Below are positions 26,241-40,929 of a stretch of 64,000 bases of DNA, one piece after another. Source of the DNA: the human T2T-CHM13v2.0 reference genome, Homo sapiens; assembly GCF_009914755.1 (NCBI RefSeq), contig NC_060929.1. One strand, 5' to 3'. The position numbers were made by a program, and so were the translations under genes. The notes under the pieces are model-generated. The model was not told where the DNA came from and ran no database searches. It saw nothing but the letters and a program-made list of their open reading frames with translations. The first letter of the stretch is position 1, and the number at the start of each line of letters is the position of its first letter.

Positions 26241-28554
26241 CCTTAAATCTTTCAATGTCAGGATAAAACACAAATTGAGCCCTTGATTCAACTGCCCAGA
26301 TACATTTTCAACTCTCCAGCAAATGGGATTTGATATAATAATATTCATCATAATAATAACAGTAGCTAACTCTTACAGATTACTTATGAAGTTCCAGGCA
26401 CTATTCTAGCCACTTATGTAAGTTTCCAGCTAGAATGTATAGAAGTGCCAATGTTCCTAGGTTTCAGCTAATGGGATGTAAGTGGAGATGATGTGTATAA
26501 ATTCTGGATCATTGCTAACTTGAAGACAAGTTGGCTTTCCTGGACTTTGGCTCTTATTTCCATGAATAAGACTGTTTCTGAGCCAATAATCCAAATCTCA
26601 ACTTTGCAAATGATGATGGAGGCGCGTAATAAAAGTAACCCACCAGCCTAAAAGGTTATACAGAACATCTACACCGCCATTCTAGACTAGCCTGGCACAT
26701 TAGATATAACTAAACTTTTATTTGTTCAAGATAGTATGGTATCCTTTTAAATAGAAACACAACATTTACTCTAATTAATAAATGCAATTTTCTGAGGTAA
26801 AGTGATAGTAACATTAGCCAGGCACAAGTAGAATTTTATATTTTTATATATTTTTATCATTATAAGACAGTAAATTTCTATATTAAATCTGGGCAGCTGT
26901 TTGCCAGTCAGAACCTTTCTCTATTCCCCCTGCCCTCACTCCCACCCAAGCTGTTAAGAAAGGCGATATTCAAGGCCTGGTATATGGTCAGTTGTACACA
27001 TTATGTATTCAACACATTTAATTATTATCATTATTGGGCACTATTTCATTACTGAATTTCTAGAGCAAAGCCACTTTTCTCAATTTTCCCACTAATTCTC
27101 AGTCTCTTGCCCTGACTATGAAAAGAGAACCACAGTTTTTTACTCAGCTCTTACAGCACTCACCAAAAGGATATGGAAATTTTTGCTTCATTAGATACTC
27201 ACAGCTTTCTCTTTGTCCCTCCTGTTCTATGCTGCAAAGAACAACCTGTAATAAGTTGCTCCCACTTCACAACCAAAAATAAAATCTTCTTTTAAACTGA
27301 AATGCTTTAATTTCAACTGTGATAATGCCAAATTTGGCACAAACTATGATAAATTAACTATTTCAACCTCAAAATCTCCCAAAAACATTAGATCAAAGAG
27401 GATGTTTAAAATTCAGGCAACGTTCTACTGGGGGAAAACATTCATGTAGTAAAGAAGACCCTAACAATTAGGTATCTAGATTCCACTTTTCCCATTTCTT
27501 CTGTTACCATCACACCCCAATACCTAATTGCTTTACTACAACTGTAAGAAATTAGTCTATCCATGACTTTTACAGCTCTTGTTGTAAGCATCATTCATTC
27601 AGAATTTAGAATGTCATTAGTATTATAGTTATTTATCTTTTTGAATGCAGATTCTGTCTCTTCATTAATCTTGGAAGATGGGAACCAACAGATAATATGA
27701 TATAGCCCTAGTTTGTACCATAGCCACTCCCTGGATACAGTGCAGTGTGCTTGGGCAGGGTGTATTGAGCATCATATACATAAAGGCTGTTCTCATATAG
27801 CCCCAGTGTTTCTGGGAAACAGAGTTTAGAAGGGAAACCTGAAAGAAGAGGGGACACAATTCTCCACTAAACACACGTGTGCACTCACACACATGAAAAT
27901 GTATGCATGTAGGTGTTTGTGTAATTTAGTGGTTAATAAAGGTAAAGGAGGTCTACAATTTTTTTCTCTAGCAACCAGTGTTTTAAGTTTATGCTAATCC
28001 CCTCAGTATATTTCTTGAATGATAGTTCTTAATTTAATAGGTATTACTTGAATTTAATGATCTCAAGAACACGAGATCAGAAGACTTGTATCTAATATCT
28101 AACAAGTTATGGGGAGAATTTTATGAGTATAAACAGCATAAATAAGATTTTTTGTTTCTACCATATATTCAGTGGAAAATATTTTAAATCTTCTTTTCCC
28201 ATGTACTTTGCTGAATCCTAGTGATCAGGTTTGCTGTCTTTTATTTTTGTTATTTTTTTGTTTGTTAACTGTCAAAAATTAACTTTGTAGTATTCATCTC
28301 TGTGAAAAATATGGAAAATGATATTACTATAATTTATCTCAAAATCTGGAAATGGCATGTACCAACATGACATTGCTAACATTTTTATATAGATATCATT
28401 TTACATAGATATCATTGTAAAGGTAGAGGTCAGGACAACTCAAGCAACACAAAAATAAATCTTCAATAAAAAACTCATCAGAATGAAGGTCATTTTTCCT
28501 TTTTAAGGTAGTGGTGCAGAGTAGTGTCTTTAAAGTTAATTTTGTAAATTATCA

Positions 28555-28810
28555 CAAAGGCAACATAGCGAGTAGGTTTAAAAAAAATAAAACCAAGCTC
28601 TGTAACCAGACTGACTGGATTTGAATCCCAGATTTATCACTTACTAGTTGTTAAAACTAGAGCATATCACTTCTCTTTTCTTCCATTTCTTCAACTGGAA
28701 AAATAGAAGAAAAATAGCCTCTATCTCACAGAGTGGTTCTGAAGATTGAGTAAATGAACATATGCAAAACATGAAGCACATGGTAAGAGCTCAGAGAATA
28801 TTTGCTATTA
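28555..28810 (+). mobile_element. MIR
   Basis: 'gctctgtaaccagactgactggatttgaatcccagatttatcacttactagttg...ctatctcacagagtggttctgaagattgagta'. Confidence 0.75.
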
Positions 28811-28899
28811 CCTGGGGATAAATTATGCATTCAGATTATAGGCAGCAAGTACTCTGTACACTTCAAGTGCTGAAATCTCTATTTGACTTTTCATTTTCT

Positions 28900-31800
28900 T
28901 GGTTTTTAATTTTTAATTAATATATAATACATGCATATATTTATGGGTTACGTGTGATTATGCATGCAATGTGTAATGATCGTATCAGGGCATTTAGGCT
29001 AGACATCACCTTGGACACATCATTTCTTTGTGTTGGGAAGACTTTAGTGTTTTTTTCTAGCCATTTTGAAATATATCATATGTTGATGTTAACTATAGTC
29101 ACCCTAAAGTGCTATCCAACACTAGAACTTATTCCTTTTACCTAACTGTATGTTTTTACCCCTTAACCAAACTTTCTTCATCCTCCCCTCCAACAACAGC
29201 CTCTGGTAACTTTCTGTCTACTCTCTACCTCCATAACATCAACTTATTTAGCTCTAACATATGAACGACAACATGCAATATTTACAGTATTAGTCCATTT
29301 TCATACTGCTATGAAGAAACACCCAAGACTGGGTGATTTATAAATAAAAAGAGGTTTAATGTACTCATAGTTCCATATGGCTAGGGAGGCCTCACAGTCA
29401 TGGCAGAAGGCAAAGGAAGAGTAAAGGCATGTCTTACATGGTGGCAGGCAAGAGAGTTTGTGCAGGGGAATTGCCCTTTATAAAACCATCATGTCTCATT
29501 AGACTTATTCACTATTATGAGAACACCATGGGAAAAACGCACCCCCATGATTCATTTACCTCCAACTGGGTCCCTCCCATGACATGTGGGAATTGTGGGA
29601 GCTACACTTCAAGATGAGATTTGGGTGGGGACACAGCCAACCCATATCAATTTGTTTCCCTGGTTCTGTGTCTTATTTCACTTAAGATAATGACCTCTAG
29701 TCCTATCCATTTTGCTACAAATAACATGATTTCATTTTTTATGCCTGAATAATACTCCATCATGTATATATACTACATTTTTCTTTATCCATTTATCTAC
29801 TGATGAACATTTAAGTTGATTCCATATCTTGGCTATTGTGAATAGTGCTGCAAAAACACCAGGGTGCAGGCATCCCTTTGATATACTGATTTCCTTTCCT
29901 TTAGATAACTAATTAGTAGTGGAATTGTTGAATTATATGGTAGCTCTATTTTTAGTTTTTTGAAAAACCTCCATACCATTTTCCATAGTGCCTGTACTAA
30001 TTTACATTCCCAAGAACAGTGTATAAGAGTTCCATTTTAAAAGAGGAAGTGAAATTGTCTCTGTTTGCAGATGATATGCACGTTCTGCACATGTAACCCA
30101 GAACCTAAAGTATGATAAAAAAGAAGATTCAAAAAAAATTTTTTGTGTGAAGAATGTCTTTGGTATTTTGATGGAAACTGCATTTAATGTATAGATTGCT
30201 TGGGTATTATGGTCATTTTAACAATATCAGTTCTTCCAATCCATCAGCATGGGAAGTTTTTCCATTTGTTTTTGTCCTCTTCAATGTCTTTCATCAATGT
30301 TTTGTAGGTTTCCTTGTGGTGGTCTTTCAACACCTTGGTTACATTTATTCCTAGGTATTTTTTTTTTTGTAGTATTTAAGATGATTTTGCTTTCTCAATT
30401 TTTTTTTCAGCTAGTTTGTCATTCATGTATAGAAATGCTACTGATTTTTGTACGTTGATTTTGCATTCTGCAATTGTATTCAATATGTTTATCAGTTCTA
30501 AGAGGTTTTTGGTGGAATCTTTAGATTTCTCTAGATATAAGATTATTTCATCTGCAAAGAAAAACAATTTGACTTCTTTTTCAATTTGAATGTTTTTGTT
30601 TCTTTCTCTTGCCTGATTGCTCAGGCTAGATCTTCCAGTACTATGTTAAATAGGAGTGATGAAAGTAGGCATTCTTATCTTCTAGTTCTTAGAGGAAAGG
30701 TTTTCAGTTTTTCCTTATTCAGTATAATGTTAGCTTTGGGCTTGTCACACATGGCCTTTATTATGTTGAGGTATGTTCCGTCTATTCCTAATTTGTTGAG
30801 CGTATTTATCATGAAACAGTTGAATTTTATCAAATGCTTTTTCTGAGGGATATTGGCCTGTAGCTTTCTTTTTTTGTTATGGTCTTGTCTGGTTTGGATA
30901 TCAGGGTAATGCTCACATCACAGAATGAGTTAGAAATAATTCTCTTCCACCTTTTGGATTAGTTTGAGAAGAACTGGTATTGGTTATCATTTTTAGGTTT
31001 GGTAGAATTCAGCACTAAAACCATTAAATCCTGGGCTTTTCTTTAATGGGAAATTTTTTAAATTACTGAATTGATTCACTATTTATTATTGGTTTGTTCA
31101 GGTTTTCTATTTCTTCCTGGTTGAATCTTGGTGGGTTGTGTGTGTCCAGGAGTTTATCAATTTCCTCTAGGTTTTCCAGTTTGTTAGCATACAGTTGTTT
31201 ATAATAAATACTTTCTGATGAACCTTTGTATTACTGTGGTATTTATTGTTATGTCTTCTTTTTCACTTCTGATTTTGTATATTTTGGCTTTCTATCTTTT
31301 TTCTTGGTTTGCCTAGCTAGCATTTCACCAATTTTGTGTATTTTTAAAAGAAACAACTTTTCATTTTTTTGATTCTTTGCAATCTTTTAGTCTCTATTTT
31401 GTTTAGTTCTGCTCTAAACTTTATTATTTCTTCTACTAATTTTGAGTTTGACTTTTTCATGCTTTTCTAGTTCTTGGAGTTGCATTGTTGGGTTAGTATT
31501 TCTACTTTTTAAATGTAGGCATTTCTTGCCATAAACTTCTCTTTTAGCACTGCTTTTTCTATATTCCATAAGTTTTGGTATGTTATATTTACATTTTAAT
31601 TTGTTTCAAGATTTAAAAAAAAATTGTTCTGAATTTCTTCATTGGCCCAGTGGTCCTTTAGGAGCATGTTGTTTAATATCCATGTGTTCATATGTGTTCA
31701 TACAGTTTCCAAATTTCCTCTTGTTATTGATTTCTAGATGTAGTCCTGAAAAAAATACTCCATATGATTTTGATTTTTAAAAATTTATTGAGACTTATTT

Positions 31801-34800
31801 TATGGCCTAACTTATGGTTAATCTGAAGAATGTTCCATGTGCTGATAAAAGGAATGTATATTCTGCAGCTTTTGGATGAAAGGCTCTGTAAATATCTGTT
31901 TGGTATATAGCACAATTTAAATCCAATGTCTCCTTATTGATTTTCTGTCTAGAGGATGATCTGTCCAATGGTGAGAGTGGGGTGCTGAAGTCTCCAACTA
32001 TTGCTGTGGTGGAGTCTCTCTCTCCCTTTAGGTATAATAATATTTGCTTTGTAGATCTAGGTGCTCCAGTGTTGGATGCATATATATTTAGTATTGTTAT
32101 ATCCTCTTGCTATATTGATCCTTTTATCATTATATATTTACTTTCTTCATCTCTTTTGACTGCTTTTGACTTAAAGTTTGTTTATTCTGAAATATGTGTA
32201 ACTACTCCTTCTTGCTTTTGGTTTTTATTTGCATGGAATATCTTTTCCCATCCCTTCAGTTTCAGTCTATATGTGTCTTTATAGATGAAGCGAGTTTCTT
32301 GTAGGCAGCATATGGTTGAGTTACATTCTTTTTATCCATTCACTAAGTCTATATCTTTTAAATGGGGAATGTAATTTATTTACATTCAGGGTTATTATCG
32401 GTAGGTAAGGACTTATTCTTGTTCTCTTTTTAATTGTTTGTTGGTTTTCTTGTATTTTACTTTGTTCATTTCTCTCTTATTGTTATCATTGCTTTTTTAT
32501 TTTATTTTTTTTTTTGCATTGGTAACATTTAAGTCTCCTATCTTTATCATTTGTGTGTTTGCTCTACCAGGGAGTTTTATCTGTTTGTGTGTTTTCATGA
32601 TGTTAGATCTAGTCCTTTTGCTTCCAGATGTAAGATTCCCATAGGCATTTATTGTAGGGCTGGTCTGATGGTGATGAATTTTCTGATATTTCTTATCTGG
32701 GAAAGACTTCATTTCTCTCTCACCTTTCAAGAATAGCTTTGCTGGACATAGTATTATTGGCTGTCAGGTTTTTTTCTTTCAGCACATTGAATATGTCATC
32801 TCATTCTCTCCTGGCTTTTAAGGTTTATGCTGAGAAATTTGCTATTTTTGATTGGGGTTCCCTTATATGTGACTTGATGCTTTTCTATTGCTGTTTTTAT
32901 AGTTTTTTTTTTTTGTCTTTCACTTTTAACAGTTTGACTATAATGTGCATTGGAGAAACCGTTTTTGGATTCAATATATTTGGAGCTCTTTGAGCTTCCT
33001 CTATCTGAGTATCTATATCTTTTGCAAGACTTGGGAAGTTTTCAAATGTTACTGTGTTGAATAGGTTCTCTGTCTTTCTCCATCTCTTCTCCTTCTGGAA
33101 TACCTAAAAATTAAATATTTGGTTGCATTATGGTGTCCCTTACATCGCATGGGCTCTGTTCATTCTTTTTATTCTTTTTTTTTTCTCCGACCAGATTATG
33201 TCAAAAGAACTGTCTTCAAGTTCACAAATTATTTTTTCGGCTAGATCTAGTCTATTGTTGAAGCTGTCATTTGTATTCTTATTTTAGTTATTGGACTTTT
33301 CAGTCCAAGATTTTCTGTTTTGTTCATTTTTATGATACATATCTCTGTTGAATTTTTCATTCAGATCATGGATTGTTTTTCTGATTTCTTTGTATTGTTT
33401 GATCTGTGTTCTCTTGTATCTCACTTAACTTCTTTAATATTATTTTGAATTCTCTTTTGGGAATTTAGTGATTTATTTTTATTGAAATCTGTTGCTGGAG
33501 AATTATTGTGTTCTTTTGGATGTGTCATGTTTTCTTGTTTTCTCATGTTTCTTATGTTCTTATGTTAATATCTGCACATTTACTCACATCTTCCATTTTT
33601 TTTTTTTGGATTGGCTTTCATAAGGCAAGACTTTTTCGTATATATATGTTTATAATGTTGGTTTGGTAGGGCACCTTAGTTTTTATTCTGGGTGTACATA
33701 TTAGTGTATTCTCCATATGACTTCTTCAACTATAATCAGCATCAGTGGTGTCTCTTAGTTCCTCAATGGCTTAGGCTGCATTTGCTAGTGGAGGCCACAG
33801 TGAGGTTTTGCTGGGGATAAGAACACCAAGTGGATCAGTCTTTGTGCTCCAGTGGTGATGTCAACAGGACAAATGTGCCCATCCTTGAAACCCTTGGTGA
33901 TGTATGCAAGCATTGGTGTTAGCAGGTTGAAGCAGGCCTATCTTTGGGCCTCCAAAAAGCTTACTTGGATGCTGAAAGTGGCAGCAGCACTCAGGAAGGT
34001 GAGATAGTCCTTGAGGCCCTAGGTGGTGTGCGTGGTATCAGCAATGGCAGTAGCAGTGGTGAGCCAACTGTCAGGCCCCCAGGCAGCATGTAGGAGAACA
34101 AGCAATGGTGTTGGTGGGTTGGGTAGGCCAGTTCCCAGGCCCTCAGGTTTCACATGGGGGCGGGTATTGATGGTGGTGGTAGTGGCAGGCTGATGGGCCC
34201 ATCCTCAGGCCCTTGGGAGAAGTGCACAGGTGTTGGTGGTGGCAGTCAAAGAGGTTGATCCTCAGGCCTACAGAAAGCACTCAGGCACTGGTAGCAGGCT
34301 TGCTGGGTCTGTTGTTAGGCCTCCTGGTGGTACGCATGCATACCAAAAATGGCAGGTAGGGTAGGTTGATCCTCAGGTCACCAAGCAACTTGCTCAGGCA
34401 CTGACTGAGGTGTTGCTGGGCAGGATGAACCTGTCTTCAATCCCAGGGATGGTGTACCTGTAGGCTATTTCCTTGACCCACTGAAGGTGCATGGAGGTAC
34501 ATGGTAGCCCTGCTGCTGGAGGGGCACTTGGGGTTGCTGTCAGTGGCTGTGACCCCTGGAAGGCAGCTCTCAGACTCTAGGGAGTGTGCACTTTGTCTCT
34601 ATTTGTCCCAGCAGCAGCCTTCCTGGTGGGCTGCGCCTCCCTTTTCCCAGGGTGTAGGACACTGCATGGGCTAAAGTGCTGGGGACTCAGCTGTGTTGGG
34701 TCCAGCTGGTGTCATGATGCTTCAGTTCTCTAGATGGGTGGAGGGATGTCAGTGGAGTTCCAGGACTGTGGAGATTCAGGGGCTTTTGGGCCCTAGGGCA

Positions 34801-35263
34801 GGATGTAGTCTGGTGGGGACTGGGCTCTCAAAATGGTGCTGTACTATCTGTTTGGGTCTCAGGGGGTGTGTTGGGACCAAGTATGAACTCCCTCTCTAAA
34901 GCGATGTAATTCTGTGAACTTCTGGAAGCTCCCTATCCTAGTCTCTGGGTCTGCAAGGGCCAAGGGACTCTCTTGCTGCTAGGATTGCCAGAGTCCATGG
35001 TGGGAATGTGGACCACTGGGATTCCCTCATTTACCTTTTTCCAACACTAGAGACCCTTTCTTGGCTCCCAGCCAACCCTGGCCAGGACAGGTGCTTCACT
35101 TCCATCTCTTTCCATGTCTCAGATATTCCCTGTCACTTTCTTACTGAATTCTAGTGTTATTTCTTAATCTATTCTATGTGTGCTTATCTATTTGCTGTTT
35201 TGGTTCTTCTTTGTAAAGGAGGTGAGTGTTGGGAGGCCCTAGTCAGCCCTCTTGAAACCCCCC
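28900..35263 (-). mobile_element. Near-full-length L1MA (L1MA1-3-like) with 5' UTR, internal deletions and a nested THE1 LTR
   Basis: 3' end at 28900; ORF2 peptide FFADEIILYLEKSKDSTKNLLELIN on -; GC-rich 5' UTR at ~33750-35263 starting gggggg-tttcaagagggctgactag; 19-bp TSD atttgactttTcattttct (28881-28899) / atttgactttGcattttct (35264-35282). Confidence 0.92.
29287..29649 (-). mobile_element. THE1 solo LTR inserted in the L1MA 3' UTR
   Basis: 'gtattagtccattttcatactgctatgaagaaacacccaagactggg...gagatttgggtggggacacagccaacccatatca'; the L1MA sequence resumes on both sides. Confidence 0.92.
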
Positions 35264-36269
35264 ATTTGACTTTGCATTTTCTGATGAGAGCACATACATC
35301 AAAATTTTTGTCATGTTGTAAGTTTTATTTCTTTCTTGTCATCTCCAGATGAATTGTACTTTACGAAGAAAATAACTACAATAAATACTGCAACCAGAAG
35401 ACAGAAGAAATCTACAGTGATTCTTCTTTTTAGAAAAGTGTTAAGCAACGATTTGAAAAAATTTTTTGTACTTAATATTGCATCTTATTGCCTGCATATT
35501 CAGTTTTTAGGAAGATTGATTTAAGAGATAAACCTAAGGTTAATTGTAAAATAGGAAAAAATGGTCTTATCTCCCATCATAGTATGATTTCCCTTTCCCT
35601 GGGAGACTATTCTGTGTTAGAAGACAATCCCTGTTTTAGAGGCCATCTAAGCTTGGAGAATTCCCACCAAGATGTTAATTTTGTATTATTCCTTCCAAAT
35701 ATAATATCATTTCTAGTGTAGTATGGACATACTATTTTGTCCACTTACTATGTACTACATTTCTTTTTTGACAACTGCCTTCCCCTCTACTCTACCTACA
35801 CTTCCTACGCCCTATATAATCTTGACTTTTGATCCAGGCAACACCACTTGTCCTTGGCTAGGCCAATACCCATTCTTGAGAATTTTTAAGTTGAGACAGA
35901 GAGATGCAGGGAAATTTCTCTTCTGGAATAAAGCTGTATAACATAAACTTAATAAGCATAGGTGACTATGTTTACATCATATGGAAAAATCTAGCTTTCC
36001 AGGAGAAAGAAGAATATATAGAGATTAAGGACAGAAAGAGTTTGAGAAACATTAGAGATACTGATTCCACATGACTTATTGCGGGGAAAGGAGTGGAGAA
36101 AGGGGCCAAGCAGTTTTCCTGCCCTTCCTACTGCTGTTAGCTCTCTTTGGAGTCCAGAAAACATCTTTTATGTTCTGTCCTGCAGAATCCTCCTGACCCA
36201 ACTTCCTCAACCAGCCATGCTGTGGCCATTAATTTTGTGCAAGCATGCATCAACTTATTTAGGGTACAT

Positions 36270-36697
36270 TTATATGGTATCTCACCAAAGGCCCAAGCTC
36301 TGTACTTACTGCTTACCACCTGGAAGTGTCTCAGATGTTACAGTGTGGGAATCTGTTCCACAGTTTTGTATGTAGATTATGGAAGTATAAGGGATTTAAT
36401 GCTAATTGAGCCACTGCTGAACCATGGGAGCTGCTGGATAAAGACTTTCTCCTTTTGACCTCAAGATGTATTTTATAAGTGTTTCCAGAGGTCTCAGAGA
36501 GATCGAACAGCAGTCATCCAATTCTCTGGTGCAAGTTAGGATGGCCAACTTTATAAATCTCCCTTGATTGGCTTTTTCTCCTTCCTTGTTTTATTCCCCC
36601 TGTCCTGTACTACTGTTCCCTGGCATCACAGTCTCAGATACCCTATAAAGAATCCTTCATGTCAGCCTCTACTTTCGAGGAAACTCTGGCTAAGACA
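36270..36697 (+). mobile_element. ERVL LTR16-like solo LTR relic
   Basis: Ends 'ccttcatgtcagcctctactttcgaggaaactctggctaagaca'; internal 'cccttgattggctttttctccttccttg'. Confidence 0.55.
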
Positions 36698-39600
36698 CCC
36701 AGCATTCTTTCAAAAAATTTCCTTTTTGTTAGATTTCAGTCATAACTAATAGTAGCGGGTTATAAGAGACTTCATTTCCAGTCCAAGTGAAATAGCACAC
36801 TAACTGTGACTTTGAACAAATTAACTGGTTATACCTCATTTGTTAATATATAAAATGGTGGTATTGGGCTCACTTCTGTGGTTCCCTTCACTCCTAAGAT
36901 TCTACGATTTAAAGAAAAGCCTTCATGTCTCAGAGAAATAAATCTCTAGTGGTGGCAGGCACTGAAACCACCAGTTCTTCCTGCATGTATTTTCTGTATA
37001 TCAGTCCTTGTGTCCCTGGCAACACCGTGGCTGTCAGCCCTTGATTTTCATGTGTCCCATAATCCAGAACACCAGGGAGGGAACAGTGATGGTGGTACCA
37101 TTTGGGAGTGGAGTTTATAAATTAATTTCCAATCTGAATCTCTCAAGCCTCTTCAAAAGAATCTTTGAAATATAATTGGTCTAAAATTAATTATATTCTC
37201 ATTTTCAAAAGTCAGAAATTCTATGAAACATTCTTGGAAGTCTCTTTTGTTTTTGAAAACATGAGTCTCATGGGACTTGAAAAAGTTCCTACAACTTTTC
37301 TTAGTTTCAAGATTCTCAAATTTGGGATTTTGACTTCAGTGAATTTCCTTGTTTTCCTCTTATATCACTCACCAGACTCATTCCTAGGGGCTTTTTGTTA
37401 TTAAGGTACACCCATTCTTCAGCACCTCCATCAGCTTTAGAACTCTGTACTGTGAATTGGCATCAGACTTTCTTGTCTTTGGTGAGGACTGGTTGTATCT
37501 ACAATTCTCTCTACTTTGACATCTCTTAAAAGATATGAGCAGGGCAAAAAAGCAAAAAGTTCAAACAATTATGTGGCTTGAAAAAACTCCAACTAAAAAA
37601 TTCTACATACTTGGTATTGAAGAAAACATGAGGATTAATGTCCTAAGTAAATCAAAATAACTGCAGATGTTGTTGAGAGCAAATTCTTGATATCTCAGAC
37701 CATTCTGAAGAGTGAGCATGTTCAACATGCAGTGAGAATTAACACAGTAAAATCACGGCAAATAACTAAAGTAAGACAGTAGAGGACACGTTTAGCTCCA
37801 CCTAGTGCCTTTGGAGCAAAGAGGAAATGGTGAAATATTTGATAGTATGACAGAAAGAATGATGTTAGAGTAAGGGGAGTCTAAGTGATAAAGATTTTTA
37901 GACAGTGATGAATCTCAAATTTGTTGTTTGATCCATGTAAAATCAGAGATGTTATGAAATCCTCTTTACTCAATAGCATTGGGAATGCAGTGATTTTTAG
38001 TAAACATGAATTTGTGCATTAGCCAATAAAAACAGAAATGATCAGAAAAATTAAAATGCAGTTGAGAAATATATTTGCTTTAGAAACTCAACTGAGTAGT
38101 AAAGCGAAGACAAACAAGTTTTTGTAAAGCATACACGAGCTCTGATTATTTTTGTTAAATGGGTTTGGGATTTAGAAGATCAAAGGAAAATGCAATAGAA
38201 GCTTCTGCTGCATAACCAGTGCTGGATTGCCCAACAAGCAGACTCCTCACAGGTTTAGGTTCTCAGCCAAGCACAGGATTGGAGGAACAAAACCAAAAAG
38301 AAAAGCAGGTACGTTTTTAATGAACTTATCCAGAATTTCGAAAACTAAAAAACAACTGGAAGGAAACTATATTCATTTCCATATCAGTTTAAGCAGTGTC
38401 CTTTTAAAAGCTAAACTTTTATTTTGAATTACCTATGAAGGTGAGAGTAGGACCCAGCCTCTCCACTGATAGCTTCTGTGATGCTCTTCCCAGGGCCAGT
38501 ATGGAATCTGGTGGACATTGTGACGACCTCTGAGCTGGAAAGAAGATGGACTCAAAGTAGCTCCAACCCAGCTCAGTTCCTAGTTCTGCCCAAGCTAGCA
38601 TTGCCTCTAAAAATAAATGAAGAGTCTACATTCTAGAGCTCTATGTTTTATAGGTTACAGAAGATGATGAAAATGGAGACATTTCCTATCGAAATATTTT
38701 CTAAAATTATTGAGGAGAAACACAGTGATAATTCCTGTATCTAAAAATGATTGAGGACTTGATCATTTCTTGCCCTAATGTTCATAGCCATAAAAATTAA
38801 ATGTTAACCAATGATGGAGACCTAACGATTCAGTGCATATTTTTTTTCTGTTTTCCTATACCACCATGTCCCCACCCAAAATTTTTTCAAACAATCCTCT
38901 TTCTTTAAGGAAACAACTGGTAGAATATATCCTGAGATATATTCTGAGGCTTTCTTATTTTCCTATAGAACACTAGGCGTTTCTTCTAGGAAGAAAGAAT
39001 GGTAGGGCTGAAGCCTCTAAATCCAGTATGACTAATCCTGCACGTATTCTTTTACTGCTGAGTTTAGCTCCCAAGAAATCCTTTTATGTGTTAGTTTGGG
39101 GAAACTTGCCTATCTCATTCCTCTTGGTGATTGCTCTCTTGACTTCCTGTTGAGTTATACATTGGCTATAAATTATCCCTCACCAGAAAAGTGATCTTTT
39201 AAAACAAGAATTTTCCTTTAAGTTGTTGAAATAATTATAGGAAATGGTTAAAGATATTAATAACATTTCAGAGTTTACATCATGTGCTTTACAAAACAAA
39301 TGGTCATTCTAAAGGCCAAAAAGCTGCTACTAAAATTCCAATGATATCTGGTACTGAACTAAATCCTCTAAGAAACCAGGGGACTGGCTTATTCCACAAC
39401 CCACAAAATTTATCACACTCCAGGGTGTAAAGCAAGGCAAAGAACTTTATTTTCTGTGTTATGTATTTCAGTAAATATGTCTGTGTCCCTAAAAGTATAT
39501 TAGTTTTAAAGGCCCTAAAGATGTTGAGTTCCCTAAGACTTCAACATTTCAGGATGATTCCAACTTGCAGAATAAAATTTATATTTTCCACAGAATTTAA

Positions 39601-40929
39601 ACTGATTACTTCCTCAGTTTCCCAGATTTACGTTTACAGCATTTGTAAAACATTTGTAAGGTGGACAGATAGATATCACAATACTAAAGTCGTGACTTGT
39701 TTTCTTTCCTAATGAGAAGAGAGGGGAGTTAAAGAAGTAAAAAATGGGGCTCCTCTTGAAAGAAATTTGATTAAAATAGACCTATTTTATTCATAGGCTT
39801 ATTTTATGTTTATACGTATATTCTGTTTCTTATAGGCTCCCCCGCCCCTGCTTAAGTGTCAATTTAGAGACTTAGCTGTAAGAAGGTTGTTAAATATGAA
39901 AGAATCAATCTTGATTTTTCTAAAACCCCTGCTGTCTTTGTTCAGCCACTCAATTTGAATCTTGTACGACATGATTCCTGAAGAAGCAAGGCTAGAGCTG
40001 GCTGGAAAAAAAAGTGACCAAGCATTTCAGCTTTTCTCAGCTCTGCTGGATAATGGAAGAGAACAGCAGCAAGACTCCTTTCTTGCCATTCAGAATTGAG
40101 GTGGGACCACCTGGGGTTTCCAGTTTTAGAATATAACTCTTTGGGCAATTAGCAAATCTCTGAGCATCTGTCTCCCATGGCATTTAGGTAAATTAATAAT
40201 ATTAAACATTTCTAAAATAAGAAGTGGGTTATAAGATATGCCAATGTACCACGAACATAATTTGCTCAGTTACCTTTTCCCCAAAGGAGTCTCATCAAGG
40301 TACCGTCCTACAGCATTAAATGCTTGTGAGCTCATAGACCTGAAATATCTATTTCCCACAGATTCAAGACAATGAAACTTCATTATCATGCCCCCTTATT
40401 TAACTTCAATGCCCAGGACAACGATTTGTTTTAATGTCCCAGTCTAAACCTCCTGCACCAATATTTTTTCAGATAATAGCTCCCATTCATAATGCTAACA
40501 GCTCTTGAATTCTCCACTCATTTTACAGTTAGGATCTTCTCTTTTCTTTGAGTTCCTAAGCTTTATAACTTGCTATATACAGTCCAAGCTACATTTTTTT
40601 TTAAAGCACAAATATTACATGTGGCACCTGAGATAACCAGACAATTCTAAAATCAACAGGAGCTTTGCTCTTAAGTTACATATATTTCTTTTGAGTTTTC
40701 CATAAGCAACAATAAAAGAACCTTGCTAAAATTTTCAAAATTTAAGTAAAATTCTTCTTACTTATGGTTTATAGGACTTTCAGTTTCTAGAAGTATTTAT
40801 TTGTCATTTCAAGACTCTTAAGCTTCTCATTAATTTATTTTATAGCCTGAAATTTATGGAAGAAAAATTATAAAACCCTTTCCTGATATAGATTAGATAG
40901 CCTTGTATGTGTTTAATTTATGCTACATA

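Noticed and set aside
33750-35260. GC-rich region as a gene promoter or CpG island (also 6600-7700)
   Set aside because: CpG-depleted and lies at the 5' end of a TSD-bounded L1, so it is L1 5' UTR.
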